From positions 928,001 through 992,000 of the forward strand of contig CBDAOB010000004.1 in the NCBI GenBank assembly GCA_965197905.1: a stretch of 64,000 nt of DNA, given 5' to 3'. A program made the translations under genes and the position numbers. The stretch is from Candidatus Latescibacterota bacterium. GTDB lineage: Bacteria; Latescibacterota; UBA2968; UBA8231. This document shows, piece after piece, positions 1 through 12,066 of this stretch. The notes under the pieces are model-generated. The model did no database searches and was not told the origin of the DNA. It worked only from the letters and a program-made list of their open reading frames with translations. Each line of letters starts with the position of its first letter. Positions within the stretch are counted from its first letter, which is position 1.

Positions 1-128
1 CAGTGCTGGACGCTGTCCGGGATGGCTGGAGGATCATCTCTTTCCCCAATATGGCGCTACTTGCTGTGGACGAAAAGGAGTTTTATGGCCTCGGTTTTGA
101 ATTCATTCTGGAACGCTGGAGGTAAACT

Positions 129-992
129 ATGCGAATATCAGAACAGAAAACCTACGACTGCGAACCAACCATGACCGACAGCCAAGTGCTGGAATTTTGC
201 AAAAACGGGTATCTGATGCTTGAGGGCATCGTTCCCGATGAAGTTAATCGCACGACGATGGAATACTGCAACGAACATTCCGATGTGGAGCCCAACGGCA
301 TCCTGCTGGAAGACTGGTTCGTCGAGAACGTGATCGTCAACCCGGCGGCCTCCGGTGCCGTGCGTTCGCTCTTAGGGGCTGATTTCCACCTGCCTGTACT
401 GATGAGCAATCATCGTGTGCAATGTCCGATTCCGGCTATCGGCGGTTGGCATGTGGACGGCAACTATCACTACACGCACGAACTCAATTTTCTGCAAGTT
501 TTCTACTATCCCCAAGATACGCCCATTGAAATGGGGCCGACGCAGATTGTGCCAGGCTCACATCTCGTGCGCAACAAACACAGATTCATGGCACATCTGG
601 GGAGCATCCGGGATGCAAAGCCCACAACTGCGCCCGCCGGCTCGATCGTTCTCACCATCTATCATATCTGGCACCGTCGGGGCCCCTCAACGGCAACGGG
701 CACCCGCAATATGCTCAAGTATTTCTACTGGCGCACCACGCCGCCGAAGCGGGACTGGGTGGTTGAGCCGGGTTTCGATTTTGCCACGGCCCAATACGCC
801 GGTCCCGCCTTTGGCTATGTAGAGAAGTTCCGCGACGCAATCAAAGTAACGGAGATGTTCTTGTGGCTCTGTGGACGCCACAAGTCGTTCCAAAATCTGG
901 GCGGGCAAAGCTGGCCCCTGCCTGCGGATCGCACTGACCTCCCTTATGGTTTCCCCCCAGGGTTGCCCCAGCCCGGATCTGTTGAGTTGTAG
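129..992 (+). CDS. Phytanoyl-CoA dioxygenase (PhyH) family Fe(II)/2OG oxygenase
   Basis: F..NGYL N-terminus, WHVD (HxD), GPTQIVPGSH, distal IWHR; RBS GGAGG. Confidence 0.9.
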   Translation: MRISEQKTYDCEPTMTDSQVLEFCKNGYLMLEGIVPDEVNRTTMEYCNEHSDVEPNGILLEDWFVENVIVNPAASGAVRSLLGADFHLPVLMSNHRVQCPIPAIGGWHVDGNYHYTHELNFLQVFYYPQDTPIEMGPTQIVPGSHLVRNKHRFMAHLGSIRDAKPTTAPAGSIVLTIYHIWHRRGPSTATGTRNMLKYFYWRTTPPKRDWVVEPGFDFATAQYAGPAFGYVEKFRDAIKVTEMFLWLCGRHKSFQNLGGQSWPLPADRTDLPYGFPPGLPQPGSVEL

Positions 993-1035
993 GATCACTC
1001 AAACTCTCCCCTTAACAGGGTTAGGAGCTGAACAG

Positions 1036-1107
1036 ATGACAAATAAGAAACTACGTGCAGGTGTGATTGGCTGTGGCTTGGGTGCCTATCATGGGTACGC
1101 CAACGCC
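1036..1107 (+). pseudogene. 5' scrap of Gfo/Idh/MocA oxidoreductase
   Basis: RBS AGGAG + MTNKKLRAGVIGCGLGAYHGYA, then abrupt loss of similarity. Confidence 0.7.
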
Positions 1108-1309
1108 TCTTTCACGCCGTCTCCCGCAACACCTCAGTTGGTAGATGTCGCCGACAGGGCACCGTGGAATAACCTGCGCACGTGAAACAGGGAAACCCTT
1201 GCGCTCAAGTTGGCAGAAGGAGCGCGCTTGGCCTCTCGCGAGCTGTGGTAAAACGGACTGGTAGTTAACGGAGGGCGCCAATACTCTTATCCTGGACCTG
1301 GAGGTCAAA

Positions 1310-2197
1310 ATGGCAAGTCACATACTCGTCGGCATCGTGACCATGGAGGCGACCCCATGGCAATTGGAGGAGAACTTCGAACGCATGGAAGCGTACGTGC
1401 GCGAGGCGGCGCGGCGACGGGCGCACCTGGTCATCGCGCCCGAGTCGGTGCTCGACGGGTATGTCTGCGGCGCCGACCCCGAGGTCAGCCGTGAACGCAT
1501 GGTGCAGATCGCCCAGACTGTTCCCGACGGTCCCTACCTGATCCGCGGCGGAGAACTGAGTCGCGAGCTGGGCATCTACCTGATTTTCGGGTTTCTCGAG
1601 CTGGACGGCGAGGATCTGTACAATACCTGTGCAATGTTCGATCCTAAAGGTGATATCATTGCTAAACACAGCAAGGTACACTCCGGTGGCGAGGCGTTTA
1701 TCACCCCGGGTCGCGAGCTCAAGCCTTTCGATACTGCCGTGGGGCGCATCGGATTTCTGATCTGCAAGGACCGCGAGGTGCAGGACAACTTCAATATGCA
1801 TGGCGTGCAGGATGTAGATGCGGTCATCATACCCATGGACGGTTCGGGCGGCAAGAACAACACGCGGAAGCTGATCCAGCGCGCCCAGGACAACTGCTGC
1901 TGGATCGTCGTAGCCAATACCTGGAGCGCCGTGATGATCGACCCCAGCGGCGACGTGATCCTGGAGAAGTACGAGTCGGAATGTGTCAGCGTGCAACGTG
2001 CCGACTTCAAAAGCGCCCCCAGAGGACCGGGCCGAACCCGCTTCAGCGAACGACGATATGATCTCTACGGCCCCCTCATGGGTTCGAACGAGGCGGATAA
2101 GTACTACGATGAGCGTGGGCGCACCACGGATTTCGCCGAGCAGTTCGGTAAAGAACACCGGGAGAGTCTACTGAAAAAGTTGAATCGTGAAGATTAG
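1310..2197 (+). CDS. Carbon-nitrogen hydrolase (nitrilase/amidase family)
   Basis: E-K-C triad motifs APES, KHSKVH, GFLICKD; RBS GGAGG. Confidence 0.9.
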   Translation: MASHILVGIVTMEATPWQLEENFERMEAYVREAARRRAHLVIAPESVLDGYVCGADPEVSRERMVQIAQTVPDGPYLIRGGELSRELGIYLIFGFLELDGEDLYNTCAMFDPKGDIIAKHSKVHSGGEAFITPGRELKPFDTAVGRIGFLICKDREVQDNFNMHGVQDVDAVIIPMDGSGGKNNTRKLIQRAQDNCCWIVVANTWSAVMIDPSGDVILEKYESECVSVQRADFKSAPRGPGRTRFSERRYDLYGPLMGSNEADKYYDERGRTTDFAEQFGKEHRESLLKKLNRED

Positions 2198-2238
2198 CCA
2201 TTGAAAGTCGCAAAGCTTTTGTATCACCCAGTCGTATA

Positions 2239-2268
2239 TTGTCTGAGTTGCCGTATGGACTTGAGGTC
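2239..2268 (+). repeat. 30-bp near-identical copy of 3820-3849 (3' end of an M24 peptidase gene)
   Basis: TTGTCTGAGTTGCCGTATGGACTTG exact 25-mer at both sites; encodes LSELPYGL. Confidence 0.8.
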
Positions 2269-2319
2269 ACCATATCGCGGATCGGCTCAAAACTTCTCTG
2301 ACACTCTGGCATTCTATAT

Positions 2320-3080
<761 letters not shown>

Positions 3081-3156
3081 TCTCCTTCAATACAGGGTTT
3101 AAGGTCTGAGGTTCAGGTCGAGTTCAACGCAAACACGCCCTAGTAGGCGGTCCAGG

Positions 3157-3270
3157 AAGGGTAGGGCGAATAGTTGGTATTATCGCCATTAGCGGCAAGG
3201 TAGGCGAGTTTGTGGCTTTTGTTGGGTCGTTTGGCGGGCGTGGCGGCCGGCGACCGGGGAAAAGCGCCGA
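3157..3270 (-). mobile_element. IS91/ISCR-like oriIS stub, subfamily B
   Basis: Reverse complement ends GCGATAATACCAACTATTCGCCCTACCCTT; matches 21723-21782 and 62584-62686. Confidence 0.7.
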
Positions 3271-3477
3271 AGCGGCGCGGATTCTTGCGGCACTGTAGCG
3301 CGATTCTCTCGCCTCGCCTTAACTGCATCCTGTACGCAGCTAGTCATCTCCTCTCCTTGCTGGCACTCCCTCTGTGGGTTCTATATCATTTGCCAGATGG
3401 GTACGCGACCTCCCTTACAGGGTCCCACGACGACCCTGTAGGTTCTTGGAGCGCCGCAATCAGAACGACGACATTCC

Positions 3478-3855
3478 ATGACCAAACTGTTCAACGGCAA
3501 ACGCGCCGCGTCGCTGATGGAAGCGCGCGGCATCGACATCCTGGTCGGTTCCGGGTACGTCAACTTCGGCTACCTCGCCGGCTACTTTACCCATTTCGGG
3601 CGCGACTACCCTGGCCCGCTGGTGAACGGCGCGCCGCTGGTGCGGTTTGCTGGTGTTCCCAAAGATCCGAATCTGAGCCCGTTCCTGATCACCTATCCGG
3701 GTGAAGAAGGGGATATCGTCGCTCAGGGCAGCTGGATCGACGAGCGGACCCGTCGTCACGATCTCGGACACTTCTCGGCCGAGATTCCGCTGCTGGTGAC
3801 TGGAAGCGGATGCGAGCTGTTGTCTGAGTTGCCGTATGGACTTGCGGTCGTATGA
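3478..3855 (+). pseudogene. M24 (Xaa-Pro peptidase-like) gene with large internal deletion
   Basis: Creatinase-N-like start (LMEARGIDILV..NFGYLAGY) fused to a typical C-terminus (EIPLLVTGSGCELLS); catalytic core missing. Confidence 0.7.
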
Positions 3856-3909
3856 GTGCGGTGAATGCGGCGGTGCGTCCTCGCCTCGAGCGCATGGTGG
3901 AGAGGAGAT

Positions 3910-5019
3910 ATGTTTTCGATACTGGATGAAGGAGCGCTGTCGCACAATCCGGCGACGGGTTCGTTTATTCCCACTGTTACGCCGTTGAATGACGGCACGT
4001 TCATCGCCGCTCAGCAGGTGGGCGCGGAATTGGGGTCGAGGGACCACCGCATCGAGATTCTGCGCTCCAGTAACGGCCGGGATTGGACCAGCGGGGGTAT
4101 GATGGACACGCGCGATGAAGCGCGCTCGTGGAGCTATCACAGTGCCCAGGTCTACCAGGTGGCGGACGGTCGATTCCTGCTCCGGGCCAGTCGGTTTTGG
4201 CGCCACGACAACCCGCGCCAGTTCGAGAAGCCCGAACCCGGCTTGCCCAGACCCGGCCCGGTCATTTTCTGGTCGGAGGACCGGGGCGAGTCCTGGTCAG
4301 AACCGCAATATGTGGAGGTGCCACTGCCCATCGATGCGTACACCCATCACGTGATGGGAAACCTCATCCAGTTGTCGGCGGACCGGTGGTTGTTTCCAAT
4401 CCAACTCAACAGCCCGAAAGGTCATTACAGCGGACCGAACCACCACGGAGCCGCCCTCTTGTTTTCGGCTGACGGCGGCAAGTCATTCGGCGAATTCACG
4501 ATACTCGCCCAGGACCCGGATGGCGTCGTCGAGTATCACGATCAGTTCGGTGTGCACCGGAAGGATGGCAGTCTTTACACCATGCTCTGGACGGTCCACA
4601 CAGACGCCAACGCCGACCTCAACAACCACTGGGTTATTTCGAACGACGGCGGTCGGACCTGGTCAAAACCGCAGCCGACGAACCTGCGCGGACAGGTATG
4701 TGCGCCGATCCGGTTGAGCGACGGTCGAATCGCCGCGGTCTACAACTACCGGCACAAGCCGCAAGGCATCCATCTGGCTCTCGGTCGCGATGAGGCCACC
4801 TACGACACGGACCATGAAATTGCTATTTTCCGTGCTGGAAAGGAAACCGCGGTGGGTAAGGCGAAGGACGACCACTTTCTATCCAAAAACGAGAAGATCG
4901 CCTTTGGCCGTCCCAACGGCGTCTGTCTGACGGACGGCACGATCCTGATCTGGTACTGGTGCACCATCAAAGGGGTCACGCATACCCGGTGGGCCCGGGT
5001 TGCAACAACACCCCCGTAA
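3910..5019 (+). CDS. Sialidase/BNR-repeat (Asp-box) protein
   Basis: Asp-boxes SSNGRDW, SEDRGESW, SADGGKSF, SNDGGRTW; RBS GAGGAG. Confidence 0.85.
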   Translation: MFSILDEGALSHNPATGSFIPTVTPLNDGTFIAAQQVGAELGSRDHRIEILRSSNGRDWTSGGMMDTRDEARSWSYHSAQVYQVADGRFLLRASRFWRHDNPRQFEKPEPGLPRPGPVIFWSEDRGESWSEPQYVEVPLPIDAYTHHVMGNLIQLSADRWLFPIQLNSPKGHYSGPNHHGAALLFSADGGKSFGEFTILAQDPDGVVEYHDQFGVHRKDGSLYTMLWTVHTDANADLNNHWVISNDGGRTWSKPQPTNLRGQVCAPIRLSDGRIAAVYNYRHKPQGIHLALGRDEATYDTDHEIAIFRAGKETAVGKAKDDHFLSKNEKIAFGRPNGVCLTDGTILIWYWCTIKGVTHTRWARVATTPP

Positions 5020-5105
5020 CCTTCAGGGGGCGAGCCGAGTCTTTGAAAGTGCTCCTCGGGGACAGCGACACTGTCTTCACGCCCTCGGTAGGACTGGCGT
5101 CGTTC

Positions 5106-5170
5106 TCACGTGGTCCAGAACGTGTACAGGTCGGTCTTGCGCAGGTAGAACCGCAGCCGCACGGTCTGGC
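5106..5170 (-). pseudogene. 3' scrap of a GH-like beta-propeller gene
   Basis: Reads QTVRLRFYLRKTDLYTFWTT*, the C-terminal motif shared by the full-length paralogs in this window. Confidence 0.7.
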
Positions 5171-5199
5171 GATGCTGTCCGCAAGGAAAGGAGTTTTCT

Positions 5200-6153
5200 A
5201 TGTCTGAATCAACTTACCGCAAAGCTCCGTTGGGCTTTACGAAAGAACAATGGGAGGAGTTTGATCGAGAAGGCTTACTGATCATCGAAGACGCTCTGAC
5301 ACAAGACGAGATTGATTATTACTTGAATGCAATTGATGAACTTATCGCCTCAGACTCGAACTACGAAGAAGGAGAATTCTATGGTCCGGACAATTTGGTG
5401 ACAAAAGATCCCGTCTTCGCGGAGTTAATCGATCACCCCCGCCATGTCGGTTATGCCTGCGACATCTACGGAGAATTGCTCAAGCTGCACGTCTCTCAGG
5501 CCTTTATTCGTCCACACTGCCCTTCACCCCACGTATGGCATCCAGATGGGGCCCGCGCTTTGCCTTACGGCGTGTTTTCGCCCAGACTACCGCTGCAAAT
5601 CAAGATTGGTTACTGGCTTACCGATCTGCCACGTCCAAAGATGGGGAATTTTGTGTGTATGCCGGGCAGTCATCGCCGTCAGTATTTTGAAGAGTTTGCA
5701 AAACATACAAGCATGCCGGGTGAGAAGATTCTCTGCTGCCCTAAAGGAACGATGACAATCATGCACTGCGGGCTCTGGCATCGCGTTGACCCCAATGAGA
5801 GCGATGTGGCGCGAAAGAATATCTTCATCGCTTATTGTCCGTCTTGGCTCTGCGAGGCGGACCGACTTGAGTGCGATCCGGATTGGTTGAAAACATTAAA
5901 CCGGGAACAGCGCATTATCATGCGCAGCTACACTCACGGCTATGCTCGCTCCAAGCCGCCCAAGGAGGATTTTCCCCTGTTTTTGGATCGAAATACTGGA
6001 CTGGCTTCGGATCCGAGATATTCCGACGATGTTCCGCCTAATTGGCGGAAGCGAAGAGTCGCGGTTGAACAGTGGGATATTGACCTCGGGCCGCCGGTAC
6101 TTAAACGGCGCCCAGATACGAGGGCAGAAGGTCCGTGCCGCCGTCGACGGTAA
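5200..6153 (+). CDS. PhyH family dioxygenase
   Basis: FDREGLL, WHPD, PGSH, LWHR; 3' end overlaps the convergent SDR gene. Confidence 0.9.
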   Translation: MSESTYRKAPLGFTKEQWEEFDREGLLIIEDALTQDEIDYYLNAIDELIASDSNYEEGEFYGPDNLVTKDPVFAELIDHPRHVGYACDIYGELLKLHVSQAFIRPHCPSPHVWHPDGARALPYGVFSPRLPLQIKIGYWLTDLPRPKMGNFVCMPGSHRRQYFEEFAKHTSMPGEKILCCPKGTMTIMHCGLWHRVDPNESDVARKNIFIAYCPSWLCEADRLECDPDWLKTLNREQRIIMRSYTHGYARSKPPKEDFPLFLDRNTGLASDPRYSDDVPPNWRKRRVAVEQWDIDLGPPVLKRRPDTRAEGPCRRRR

Positions 6154-6925
6154 TCACCTGACCCGTGACAAAGTCCGACAGGTCGGTGGCCAGAAATTCG
6201 ACGACCTTGGCGCAGTCCTCAGTCTTCGCGATCCGCCCCATCGGAACATGTGTAACCAGCTCGTCTTGAATCCGGCCCAACAATCTCATCCAATTCGCCG
6301 TGCGGACATAACCTGGCGCGATGGAATTGACATTGACGCCGTAGGGTGCCAGCTCCAGCGCCAGCGAGCGCGTCAGCGCCATAACCCCGGCCTTGGCCGC
6401 GCCATACGGCGCCAACCACGGCATCAACGGGCGCAGCGCGGCGATCGATGCGACGTTGATGATCTTGCCCCGGCGGCGCTCCCGCATCTGCGGCGCAAAG
6501 GCACGACAGCACAAAAACGTCGATCGCAGGTTTTTGGCCATTACCGCTTCCCAGGCTTCGGTTGAGCATTCCGTCGCACTCTCGCCGCCGGCGCCTCCAC
6601 AGATGTTGTTGACCAGGATATCTACCTGCGGAAAGGTGGAACGGATCTCTTCCAGCATCTTCTGCACGGCCTGCTCAGACGTCACATCAGCTTCGATGTC
6701 CAGGCTGCGGCGACCCAATTGTCGGATCTCATCCGCGACCGTGGCCGCGGTCAACGGCTCCTCGACATCGGCAGCGGAACCGAGATCGATGTCGTTGACC
6801 ACGACGTCAGCGCCTAATTTCGCCAAACGGAGGGCGTAGGCTCTTCCCAACCCCCGCGCCGCTCCAGTAACCACCGCGACCTGACCTTCTAAACGAGGGG
6901 GAAAATACTCCGATGGCTCTTGCAT
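6101..6925 (-). CDS. SDR oxidoreductase (FabG-like)
   Basis: TGAARGLG, YGAAK, VDGG; RBS GGAGG. Confidence 0.9.
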   Translation of the reverse strand: MQEPSEYFPPRLEGQVAVVTGAARGLGRAYALRLAKLGADVVVNDIDLGSAADVEEPLTAATVADEIRQLGRRSLDIEADVTSEQAVQKMLEEIRSTFPQVDILVNNICGGAGGESATECSTEAWEAVMAKNLRSTFLCCRAFAPQMRERRRGKIINVASIAALRPLMPWLAPYGAAKAGVMALTRSLALELAPYGVNVNSIAPGYVRTANWMRLLGRIQDELVTHVPMGRIAKTEDCAKVVEFLATDLSDFVTGQVITVDGGTDLLPSYLGAV

Positions 6926-7131
6926 TGATCCTCCTTTGCAGACTGCCCTTTTTCCGGCGCGAAAACGTGCCCATGCGCCGGCGGCGACGTAATCGTCCAG
7001 CGGTCTCGTTTTTGTTTATAATCGATTGAGGAACTTACGGAGAAATACTCGAACACCCAAAGAACGATAGTCTGGCAAGACCGCTCGATATTGATGTTTC
7101 GTCCCAAAACCGCCCAACAGGAGAGTTAAGA

Positions 7132-8217
7132 TTGGAGTTTAGCATAGACACAATCCGCAAGCAGGACCCCTGGTATCGAAATCCAGCAGAGGCGATACGC
7201 GTATCCACCTGGACCGAGGTGCCCCGCGGGAAGCTGACCCATTACGAACACCCCGTTGTTGGCGATGATGCGTTGACGCGGGAACGTAGTCTGCCGGTCA
7301 GCGTGGTAGCCGGCATTGAGGACGGACCGGTTCTGCTGTTGATCGCCGGCGAGCATGGCAACGAATACGAATCCATTATCGCCCTGCAGGAAACTATCAG
7401 GGAGCTCAACCCCGCCGATCTCAAGGGCAAAGTGGTGGGGGTGAATTGTTGCTCGGTCGACAGCTATCTTCACCGAATTCGCGAGGGCAAAACCGATGGG
7501 CAGAATCTCGCGCGCGTCTATCCCGGCAGGATCGATGGCACGCTGACAGAGCGCGTTGCCTATACCTTGGAGAACGATTTTCTAGGCCAGCCAGCCCCGC
7601 ACAAGCCCGCGTTGATGGTGGCGTTGCACACGTATGGACCGCACCTCCTGGGAGCGTCCCTCGCAGGCTACAGTATCTATCCGGGTGAGCTCGACCTTAC
7701 GGATCGACAACGGCAAGCCGCTCTGCAGACGGGCATACCGCTGGTGTGGGGTCATGAATTTGATGCCAGCCATTCCACCACCGCGGAGATGGGTCACGAG
7801 GCCAGCGGGCGCACCGCCCTCTACGCCGGTTTTCTAGCCGGAGTGCCGGCGGTTTATTTCGAGACTGCCTGGGGCATGGGTGGTGAGATCGAATATGCCC
7901 GGGGTCTAAGGCGGTTGTTGGTTCACCTGGGAATGGTGGCAGGCGAAAACGAGCCCCTCGAACCGCGCGAGTTTGTCGAGTCTGCTGCCCACCAGGCCTG
8001 GTTGATGGGGTCCCACAATCAATGTCCCGTGGCCGGCTTGTGGCGACCGGCACGAAAAGCCTGGGACCGCGTCAAAGAGGGTGACCTGCTGGGCACGGTG
8101 TTCGATCTACACGGCCAACCCGCGCATGAGTTGCGCGCCAAACAGGACGGCGTGGTGATCTCTTATCCGAGAGTTCAGTACATTGAGGAGGGCCAACACT
8201 GCGGACTGGTGGTGTAA
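7132..8217 (+). CDS. Succinylglutamate desuccinylase/aspartoacylase (AstE/AspA, M14) family
   Basis: AGEHGNEY, NLARVYPG, ALHT, C-terminal biotinyl-like AKQDGVV; TTG start with AGGAG. Confidence 0.85.
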   Translation: MEFSIDTIRKQDPWYRNPAEAIRVSTWTEVPRGKLTHYEHPVVGDDALTRERSLPVSVVAGIEDGPVLLLIAGEHGNEYESIIALQETIRELNPADLKGKVVGVNCCSVDSYLHRIREGKTDGQNLARVYPGRIDGTLTERVAYTLENDFLGQPAPHKPALMVALHTYGPHLLGASLAGYSIYPGELDLTDRQRQAALQTGIPLVWGHEFDASHSTTAEMGHEASGRTALYAGFLAGVPAVYFETAWGMGGEIEYARGLRRLLVHLGMVAGENEPLEPREFVESAAHQAWLMGSHNQCPVAGLWRPARKAWDRVKEGDLLGTVFDLHGQPAHELRAKQDGVVISYPRVQYIEEGQHCGLVV

Positions 8218-8269
8218 TGCGATGCGCTCTGATCGTGGGCTCGCTCACAGCCGAAAGGATTTCGTACCG

Positions 8270-9112
8270 ATGACTTCCTGCGACTGCAAACCAACCCTCA
8301 CCGACACGCAGGTCATCGACTTCTGCCGCAACGGCTACCTGATGCTCGAGGGGGTGGTACCCGACGACGTCAACAGGCAAGCCCGCGAAGCGATGGATGC
8401 GCAGCGCGCGGAGAGCGGCTCGCTCCGCCAGATGGCCCACCTGCTCAAGGAGGACTGGTTCGTCGACGGGGTGATTCGCAACCCCGACGCCACCGGCGCG
8501 ATGCGCTCACTGCTCGGGGCCGACTACCGTGAACCGGATTGGCTGCTCTGGTTCAGGGGAGAGGGACCGGAGCCGGCCGGCCAATGGCACATCGACGGCG
8601 ACTCGAAATGGGGACCCCAGGTGCGGACCTTGAAGTGGTATTATATCCCGGCGGCGGCCACCTCCGAGTCCGGAGCGACGGTTTTCGTACGCGGATCCCA
8701 CCTGGTCTTCAACCAGGTCCGCTCGATGGCCCACTATGACGGGTTGCGGGGCACGTGGAAGGCGGTGGGTCCGGCCGGGTCGATCTACCTGACCCACTTT
8801 TCGATCTGGCATCGCCGCGCCACGTGCACGACGAGGGGCGTGCGCTACATGCTGACCACGTCGGTCAACCGAACCGCACCACCCCAGCGAGACTGGATCC
8901 GGGAAGAGCTGGACATGAACAGCGTCGAGTTCGGCTGCAACGAGCCGCGGTTCGGCGAGCAGCATCGCTATCACAACGACGGCGCCCATATGTATCTGTG
9001 GCTTTGCGGCAAGAGCGACCGCTTCGACCGGCCCAGCGGACCGGGTTGGCCGCATCCACCGATCGAGGGTCATCCCTTTGGCGAGGTGCCGGACTACGTA
9101 ACCGAGGACTAG
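8270..9112 (+). CDS. PhyH family dioxygenase, paralog of 129..992
   Basis: PTLTDTQVIDFCRNGYLMLEG, WHID, IWHR, MYLWLCG. Confidence 0.9.
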   Translation: MTSCDCKPTLTDTQVIDFCRNGYLMLEGVVPDDVNRQAREAMDAQRAESGSLRQMAHLLKEDWFVDGVIRNPDATGAMRSLLGADYREPDWLLWFRGEGPEPAGQWHIDGDSKWGPQVRTLKWYYIPAAATSESGATVFVRGSHLVFNQVRSMAHYDGLRGTWKAVGPAGSIYLTHFSIWHRRATCTTRGVRYMLTTSVNRTAPPQRDWIREELDMNSVEFGCNEPRFGEQHRYHNDGAHMYLWLCGKSDRFDRPSGPGWPHPPIEGHPFGEVPDYVTED

Positions 9113-9406
9113 AGCCTTATCGACGTTGCCGTCGGCGTTGAACCAGATGCTGTCGACCCACTGGCCAGGATATCACCGCCAACTTCCACGCGGCCGACGC
9201 CCACACGTTCAAGTGGCGTCAGCCGGCTGAGAAACGACCCGGGGGAACGATTTGCGGCGAGGCAATGCGCCAATCGACGACGCGCTCTGGTTGGTGAAAG
9301 GATCGGACCTGAGTTTTAGCGATGTTCGCGAGTGTCTAGCAGAGTCGACCGCGAGGAAACATTAGTGGGAATCAAATCGTTGTTGAGTCGAGGTCGTTCA
9401 GCACAC

Positions 9407-11902
9407 CTATTCCCTGCCGTTTCTCTCCACAACGACCTCGCCGGCATAACCTCCAGCTACCAATTTCTCTACCAGGGCAGCTATAACTTCAGTGTCAAGC
9501 AGACCGTTGTCCGCCACCGTCAAGGTACCCCCAAGAAAGCTGAGATTCAGAGCACTCAGATTGAGAAGTGCGGAGTTGCCCCGAATATCGAGCGTACCAC
9601 CTACGGACGCGAGCTGGTTCAACCCCTCCAGTGAGAGCAGTCCCCGGTTCCCGCCGCGGGTTCGGTCAAAGTTGGTGACGAAGATGCCAATAAAAAGATT
9701 GCCCCCCACCTGAACAAGGTTGCCGAGTCCCGAGAGGCTCGTCAGGCTGTTGTTCTCGATGATCATCAGATCACCTGCGATACTCGCGATGCTGCTCAAG
9801 CTGGCCAGCGCGTTCAGGTTTCTCATCTCCGGATTCTGCTCAATCCAAAGGGTATCGAGAACGCTGCTCAGATTGTTCAAACCCTGGAGACTGGTCAAAT
9901 CCCGATTGAACCGAATCTGAAGTCCTCCGTCCACGGTTGTAAGGGCTCGAGTCCGCATAGATCGCGAATCAGATTATTGCTTGCGATCACGAGACGGCCG
10001 CCCACCGAGCCAAGCCTGGAAAGACCGGCCAGCTCCTTCAGGGCATGCGCCGAAACGATCTCCAAATCGCCGTCAACCCTTCGCAGATTGCGCAGAAAGG
10101 ATAGATCGTGGGGTGCATCGCGTCCGGAGATATGCAAACTACCCATCAAGTGCTCCCTCTGAGCGAGGACGTCCAGGTCGACGAGCGCCGGGGTGAATTC
10201 CAGCACGATGTTACCGTTGAAGGATTCCATTACCTTCCTGATTCCGGCCAGGCTGCTGAGACCAGGATTCGCCATGATCCGCAGTTCATTCCCGACCTCG
10301 TTGAGATTCTCCAGGTGGCTCAGGGTTTGGAGCGACTCGTTGAACTGGAGAATAAGGCTCCCTCCAACGCGTGCGAGACGCTCCACGCCACTGAAATCTG
10401 CCAGGCTGTCCGCGTCAACGACGAGGAAGCTTCCGCCGATTTCGCGAATATTCTCCAGTCCCTCCAGATTTACGAGGCTGCGGTCTTTGGAAATGGATAA
10501 GGAGCCGCCGATGCTTTGCAGCGACTGCAATCCGCTGAAGTTCGTGGCACGGCGGTTTTCAGTCAGAAGGAGCGAACCACCGATGTGGCGAAGATTGCTC
10601 AGCCCTGCGAGTGAGGGCAGAGTGAAGTTCTCGACCAGCGCAAGACTGCCACCGATGGACCGTACGTGGCTCAGCGATTCGAGTATTCCTGCGGCGTCCC
10701 GTAGAGACAGGCTCAATGTGCCAACAACGTGCTCTGGGACCCGGCGCAGCGGTTGGAGCTGTGTAACGCTGGAGAAACCCAATACCAGACTTCCTGTGAC
10801 GGTCTCGAAAAGGTGCGAGACCCCCTCGATCGAGATCAGAGATGCATTCGAGCTAAGCTCCAGGTTGCCACCCACCATCTGCAATCCAGCCAGCCCGTCC
10901 AGGTTTTTCAAGGACAGATTGCTGATAATGGTAAGTCGGCCTCCTATGCTGCGGAGATTCTCCAACCCGGTGAGGTTTTCGAGATTTCTGTTCCCGAACA
11001 GGGTCAAGTTGCCGCCAATGCTCTCGAGGTTCGACAACGGCGTCAGATCGACGAGGTCAAGCCGCCCCATACTGAGACGTCCGGCAATCCTGAACGGCTG
11101 ATTCCGGGTCAAGCTGAGCAACTCATTCAGCTGATCATCCGACCTGATCCGAAAGTTTCCCTCGAGCACGATTTGCGCCTCGAGGCGGGGAACCTCAAAA
11201 TCGTGCTCGCTTTTTCCTGCCAGCGATAGCCCCCGCCGCCGGTAGAGCAGGTGATCACCGGAGCTGATTTCCACCGTAAAGAGCCGGTCACCCAGCTGTT
11301 CAGTGCCGGTCGGTTTTCGGCCGGGGGAGGATTCGGCCTGTCTGGGAGCCGGACCGCGGGCGCCATCCAGCAGCACCATTTTTCCCACATCGACGGCATC
11401 GGGCGTTTTCAAACACCGCGAAGTACACGCCTGCAGCTACCCCCTGTCCGCCGTCGGTACGACCGTCCCAGCGAGCGATATGGTCTCCCGCCTCCTGGAC
11501 CCGGCTCATCAATCTGCGCATCGGCTGGCCCAGCACGTTGTAGATGGTGAGCTGGACTGGACCGGCATGGGCCAGCCTATAGGGGATCACGGTCTCCGGA
11601 TTGAACGGATTGGGATAGTTGGGAAGGAGCCTGGTGGCTATTGGCAGCGCGGACGAATAGTCGACTGCCGTGGCCCTGGCAAAATCGATCCGATAGACCC
11701 CGGTATCGTCTGTTGTGGCAACGTGGGATCGGCCATCGGTCTCCTCCTCGATGAACGCGATGGTGGCGCCGACCACGGGTGCTCCACCCATGTCCGTGAC
11801 GGTGCCCGATATCACCTGCGCGACGGCCGGTCTTGTCGCGATTCCGGCCACCAGAGCCAGCTGACCGAGCGCGCGGCTCAAAGCTCTGCAGCTCCAGTGC
11901 AT
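9407..11902 (-). CDS. Secreted protein: carboxypeptidase-regulatory-like + FlgD-Ig domain + receptor-L-domain leucine-rich repeats; two 1-nt frameshifts (about 11410 and 9946)
   Basis: Signal peptide, ISGTVTD..G.PV.GATI, PNYPNPFNP...WDG...AAGVYF, then many ~25-aa LxxLxxIGGxLxIxxN repeats across three ORFs. Confidence 0.8.
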
Positions 11903-12066
11903 ATTCCCTCCCTCGCTGCGGTAGAGGGAACAAAGGTACTATAATGGCCGAGCGTCAAGTATACTTTTTCTGACGGGGCAAGGTGGCTCTGTGGCGGACG
12001 CAGAGCAGATATCTGGGCGGGCGCTCGCTCGCCATCTTCAAGGCGCTCCACATCGACGAAGTGGAG

